Positions 15,860 to 20,000 of a stretch of 20,000 bases of DNA are shown piece after piece. Position 1 is the stretch's first letter; the number at the start of each line of letters is the position of its first letter. The DNA is taken from the NCBI GenBank assembly GCA_964347325.1, contig CAYFYA010000002.1:44812-64811 (forward strand). The letters are read 5' to 3'. The translations under genes and the position numbers were made by a program. The notes under the pieces were generated by a model. That model saw nothing but the letters and a program-made list of their open reading frames with translations, was not told the DNA's origin and did no database searches. The stretch is from an uncultured Methanomassiliicoccales archaeon. GTDB taxonomy: Archaea; Thermoplasmatota; Thermoplasmata; RBG-16-68-12; JAJISG01.

Positions 15860-18800
15860 ATGCGCGAACTCGTCGAGTCCTTCTTCAAGGAGAGGAGCAT
15901 CGTCAACCACCACATCGCTAGCTTTAACGACTTTCTGGCATCTGAGGACAACCCCAATAGCAGGATGCAGGGGATCGTGGACAGCCTTAGAGCCTCCCTG
16001 GAAGACGAAAGGCGTGGGATAATCAAGCTGGACGAGGACAGGACGGAGGGTCGGCTGGTGGAGATCCGCTTCGGTCGCCGGACCGACGACCGAGGGAGGA
16101 CCTCCGCTGAGGCTAAGCCTACGATCCACGTGAAGCTCCCAGAGGTGAAGGAGGCGAACGGGGCGTCCCACCCGCTGACGCCGCTGGAGTCCAGGTTGAG
16201 GAACCTGACCTACCAGGCTCCCCTCTACCTCGAGTTCACCATCATCGAGGACGGCATCGAGCGGGAGCCTGAGCGGGTATTCGTAGGCAACCTACCCGTC
16301 ATGGTGAAGTCGAAGAAGTGCAGGGTCTACCGTGAGAACCTGGAGGACGGTTACGACCTGACGGACGAGGAGTACTATAGGAAGCTCGCGGCGATGGGTG
16401 AGGATCCCTTCGATCCAGGCGGATACTTCATCATCGGGGGCACCGAGCGGGTTCTCATCTCCCTCGAGGACCTGGCTCCCAACCGCGTGCTGGTAGAGTT
16501 CAACGAGAGGTACGGAAGACAGCTCGAAGTCGCCAAGGTCTTCTCCCAGAAGGAGGGTTATCGCGCCCTCACCCTGGTCGAGAAGAAGAAGGACGGAGTC
16601 CTCATGGTGACCGTCCCGACGGCCTCGGGCCAGATCCCTCTAGTAATCCTGATGAAGGCCCTGGGGATGGAGAGCGACGAGGAGATCTTCAACTCCATAG
16701 CCTCCGACCCCAGGATGGGCAACATCGTCTTCGCCAACCTGGAGGAGATCCAGAACAGGAAGCTCTACCCCCCCACCGGCATATTCAGCCAGGAGGACGC
16801 CCTACTGTTCCTTGAGAAGAGGTTTGCCACGGGACAGGCGAAGGAGTATCGGGTCAAGAAGGTAGACTCGATGTTGGACCGGGCGCTGCTGCCTCACCTG
16901 GGTGACTCCAAGGACGACAGGATCAAGAAGTCCCTCTTCCTGGGCAGGATCGCCAGGACCATTCTGGAGCTCTCATACAAGATCCGCCGGGAAGACGACA
17001 AGGACCACTACGCCAACAAGCGACTGAAGCTGGCTGGAGACCTCATGGAGGACCTCTTCAGGGTGGCCTTCGCCAACCTGATTAAGGACCTGAAGTACCA
17101 GCTGGAGCGAAGCTACGCGCGGGGGAAGGGCCTCAAGATTTCCGCCGCCATTCGACCAGACCTGCTGTCGCAGCGCCTGCTGCACGCCCTAGCAACTGGC
17201 AATTGGGTGGGTGGGCGCGCGGGAGTGTCCCAGCTTCTCGACAGGACCTCTCACATGAGCGCCATGAGCCACCTGCGCCGAGTAACCTCCCCGCTCACCA
17301 GGAGCCAGCCCCACTTCGAGGCCCGGGATCTTCACCCGACGCAGTGGGGTCGGCTCTGTCCTAACGAGACCCCAGAGGGCCAGAATTGTGGGCTGGTGAA
17401 GAACGCTGCTCTTGTGATCGATGTTTCTGAAGGATTTGATGAGAATACTGTCAAGCTGCTGTTGGCGGACCTGGGAACCAAGCAGGTAGGGGGCCAACAA
17501 ACGGACCTTACCCGTGTCTACGTCAACGGAGACCTCGTTGGTCTCCATCAGGACGCCGAGAGGCTGGCCCAGGAGGTTCGGGAGAGGCGGCGGACGGGGC
17601 TGCTGAGCCACGAGGTCAACGTTCGCTTCGATCGCGGGATGAACGAGGTCATCATCAACTGTGACGAGGGACGCATGAGGAGACCTCTTCTCGTGCTCAC
17701 CGACGGGAAGCCCGTGCTGAGCCGCAAGGACCTGGAGGACCTGAGAATCGGGAAGCTGCGGTGGACCGACCTCATCGACAACGGCATCGTCGAGTGGTTG
17801 GACGCGGAGGAGGAAGAGGACACCTACATCGCCGTCTACGCCTACGACGTCCCCCAGGTGTGCTCCCACTGCCGCAAGCCTCTCTCCAGGAGGGATGTCG
17901 AGTGGATCAACCTCGGGCTCACCGTCGATGTGGTCGATCTCCAGTGCCAGTTTTGCGGCGAGACCTTCGAAGTCCCGTCCCTGCTCACCAAGGAGCACAC
18001 ACACATGGAGGTGGACCCCTTGGTCATTCTGGGCGTCAGCTCTGGTCTCGTCCCCTATGCCGAGCATAACTCCTCGCCACGCGTCACCATGGGTGCGGGC
18101 ATGATCAAACAGTCCCTGGGTCTACCCGCCTCCAACCATAGGATTCGACCCGACACGAGGGGCCATCTGCTCCACTACCCCGAGATTCCCCTGGTCCAGA
18201 CGGAGGCCATGAAGTATCTCCACTTCAACAGGCGGCCCGCGGGACAGAACTTCGTCGTGGCCGTGATGTCCTACCACGGGTGGAATATGGAGGACGCTGT
18301 GGTCATGAACAAGGCCTCCATCGAGCGGGGCCTTGGTAGGTCGACCTTCATGAGGACCTACAAGGCCGAGGAGCGTCGCTATCCCGGAGGCCAGGAGGAC
18401 CACTTCGAGATTCCCAGCCCCGATGTCCGTGGAGCAAGGGCTGACCTAGCCTACGCGAGCCTGACGCCGGACGACGGCCTCATCAGTCCAGAGGTCATCG
18501 TGGACGGCGGGGACGTCCTCATAGGTAAGACTTCCCCTCCCCGCTTCCTGGAGGAAGAGACCGACTTCCTGACGCCCCAGAAACGGCGGGAGACCAGCGT
18601 CACGGTCCGCCACGGAGAGTCCGGTTGGGTCGACTCTGTCATGCTGACGGAGTCTGAGAATGGCAGCAAGCTGGCCAAGGTGAAAGTGAGGGACCTCCGA
18701 GTGCCGGAACTGGGGGATAAGTTCGCCTCCAGGCACGGTCAGAAGGGGGTCATAGGCCTCATTGCGCCGCAGGAAGACCTTCCCTTCAACAAGGACGGAG

Positions 18801-19453
18801 TCGTTCCAGATCTGCTCATCAACCCCCACGCGATCCCCTCGAGGATGACGGTGGCCCACGTCTTGGAGATGATCGGCGGCAAGGTCGGGTCCGCAGAGGG
18901 GAGGACCGTGGACGGCACCCCCTTCAGCGGTGCGACGGAGGAAGCCCTCAGGAGTGGCCTAGTGGCGAACGGTTTCAAGAGCAACGGTAAGGAGGTGCTT
19001 TACGACGGGAAGACGGGACGAATGATTCCCGCGGAGATCTTCGTGGGAGTGATCTACTACCAGAAGCTGCACCACATGGTCTCCGGGAAGCTCCACGTTC
19101 GAAGCCGCGGTCCCGTCCAGATCCTCACGCGACAGCCGACGGAGGGCAGGTCCAGACAGGGAGGGCTAAGGTTCGGTGAGATGGAGAGAGACTGCCTTAT
19201 CGGTCACGGAGCCGCCATGGTAATCAAGGATCGCCTCCTCGACGAGTCGGACGGCATCCTATTATATGTTTGCGGGAACCCAGAGTGCGGCCACTTCGCC
19301 ATGAAGGACCGCAAGGGGAACCTGCGGTGCACTGTCTGCGGGAATAACTCGAACATCTATCCTGTCCAGACCTCATACGCTTTCAAGCTCTTGGTGGACG
19401 AGTTGCTATCGCTGGGCGTTTCCATGAGGCTCCAGCTGGAGGACCTCCGATGA
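15860..19453 (+). CDS. rpoB: DNA-directed RNA polymerase subunit B, unsplit (B'' and B' fused), intein-free
   Basis: [111 protein letters not shown] and a C-terminal CGNPECGHF...CTVCG. ATG 15860 is preferred; GTG 15854 overlaps the rpoH stop. Confidence 0.97.
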   Translation: MRELVESFFKERSIVNHHIASFNDFLASEDNPNSRMQGIVDSLRASLEDERRGIIKLDEDRTEGRLVEIRFGRRTDDRGRTSAEAKPTIHVKLPEVKEANGASHPLTPLESRLRNLTYQAPLYLEFTIIEDGIEREPERVFVGNLPVMVKSKKCRVYRENLEDGYDLTDEEYYRKLAAMGEDPFDPGGYFIIGGTERVLISLEDLAPNRVLVEFNERYGRQLEVAKVFSQKEGYRALTLVEKKKDGVLMVTVPTASGQIPLVILMKALGMESDEEIFNSIASDPRMGNIVFANLEEIQNRKLYPPTGIFSQEDALLFLEKRFATGQAKEYRVKKVDSMLDRALLPHLGDSKDDRIKKSLFLGRIARTILELSYKIRREDDKDHYANKRLKLAGDLMEDLFRVAFANLIKDLKYQLERSYARGKGLKISAAIRPDLLSQRLLHALATGNWVGGRAGVSQLLDRTSHMSAMSHLRRVTSPLTRSQPHFEARDLHPTQWGRLCPNETPEGQNCGLVKNAALVIDVSEGFDENTVKLLLADLGTKQVGGQQTDLTRVYVNGDLVGLHQDAERLAQEVRERRRTGLLSHEVNVRFDRGMNEVIINCDEGRMRRPLLVLTDGKPVLSRKDLEDLRIGKLRWTDLIDNGIVEWLDAEEEEDTYIAVYAYDVPQVCSHCRKPLSRRDVEWINLGLTVDVVDLQCQFCGETFEVPSLLTKEHTHMEVDPLVILGVSSGLVPYAEHNSSPRVTMGAGMIKQSLGLPASNHRIRPDTRGHLLHYPEIPLVQTEAMKYLHFNRRPAGQNFVVAVMSYHGWNMEDAVVMNKASIERGLGRSTFMRTYKAEERRYPGGQEDHFEIPSPDVRGARADLAYASLTPDDGLISPEVIVDGGDVLIGKTSPPRFLEEETDFLTPQKRRETSVTVRHGESGWVDSVMLTESENGSKLAKVKVRDLRVPELGDKFASRHGQKGVIGLIAPQEDLPFNKDGVVPDLLINPHAIPSRMTVAHVLEMIGGKVGSAEGRTVDGTPFSGATEEALRSGLVANGFKSNGKEVLYDGKTGRMIPAEIFVGVIYYQKLHHMVSGKLHVRSRGPVQILTRQPTEGRSRQGGLRFGEMERDCLIGHGAAMVIKDRLLDESDGILLYVCGNPECGHFAMKDRKGNLRCTVCGNNSNIYPVQTSYAFKLLVDELLSLGVSMRLQLEDLR

Positions 19454-20000
19454 TGGCCATGCGCGGTGTCTCCAAGAGGATTCAGGCCCTGAAGTTCGCC
19501 CTTCTGAGTCCTGAGGAGATACGGCAGATGAGTGCCACCAAGGTCATTACCGCCGACACCTACGACGATGACGGCTTCCCCATCGACATGGGCCTCATGG
19601 ACCTCCACCTGGGAGTCATAGAGCCGGGGCTGCGGTGCAAGACCTGCGGAGGTCGCGTCGACGACTGTCCGGGTCACTTCGGTCACATCGACCTGGCGAT
19701 GCCCGTCATCCACGTGGGGTTCGTCAAGGAGATCAAGACACTCCTTCAGGCAACCTGCCGAGCCTGTGGCCGTCTCCTGCTGACGAAGGATGAGGCCGAC
19801 AAGTACCTGGAGGAGATGAGGAGGGCCGACGAGTTCAGCACGGGAGCCGACATGGCCGCCGTGGAGCTGTCGAAACTCACGGCCAAGGACGCCACTCGGC
19901 GCCAGGTCTGCCCTCACTGCAACGGAGAGCAGATGAAGATCACCCTGGACAAGCCTACCGCCTTCCGGGAGAACGGCCACAAGCTGACCCCCAAGGAGGT
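19453..20000 (+). CDS. rpoA1: DNA-directed RNA polymerase subunit A' (partial, runs off window)
   Basis: [110 protein letters not shown]. Overlaps the rpoB stop (ATGATG); ATG 19450 is also possible. Confidence 0.96.
   Translation, partial: MAMRGVSKRIQALKFALLSPEEIRQMSATKVITADTYDDDGFPIDMGLMDLHLGVIEPGLRCKTCGGRVDDCPGHFGHIDLAMPVIHVGFVKEIKTLLQATCRACGRLLLTKDEADKYLEEMRRADEFSTGADMAAVELSKLTAKDATRRQVCPHCNGEQMKITLDKPTAFRENGHKLTPKE

Noticed and set aside
15860-19453. Intein or B''/B' split in rpoB
   Set aside because: A single continuous frame with all core motifs contiguous.
1-20000. CRISPR array, mobile element, toxin-antitoxin or phage module
   Set aside because: No direct-repeat series, transposase, integrase or small paired ORFs were seen; apart from the tRNA introns this is a housekeeping region.

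Overview
GC-rich archaeal housekeeping window, probably euryarchaeal/Thermoplasmatota-like. The lineage is inferred from DP2 DNA polymerase, an unsplit rpoB, a solitary 5S rRNA and TATA-driven leaderless starts. Calls: a membrane protein (partial), GT4 glycosyltransferase, PLP aminotransferase, zinc-ribbon membrane protein, DNA polymerase II large subunit, thioredoxin-like protein, 5S rRNA, membrane pyrophosphatase, A24-type preflagellin/prepilin peptidase, APC permease fused to USP domains, MscS channel, aEF1-beta with a zinc-finger partner, a methyltransferase, and the rpoH-rpoB-rpoA1 operon. The standout is a gene no ORF track shows. At 15400..15573(+) there is a tRNA-Lys(UUU) whose 74-nt mature sequence is split by three introns: D-loop 20/21, anticodon loop 37/38, and T-loop 59/60. 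Each sits in a bulge-helix-bulge-like context; two are near perfect, and the anticodon-loop one has a degenerate central helix. Removing them gives a canonical tRNA cloverleaf. Secondary observations are a structured tail downstream of the 5S rRNA, possible tRNA/rpoH co-transcription, and several TATA-positioned GTG starts that disagree with the longest-ORF starts. No CRISPR, mobile element or defence system was seen.
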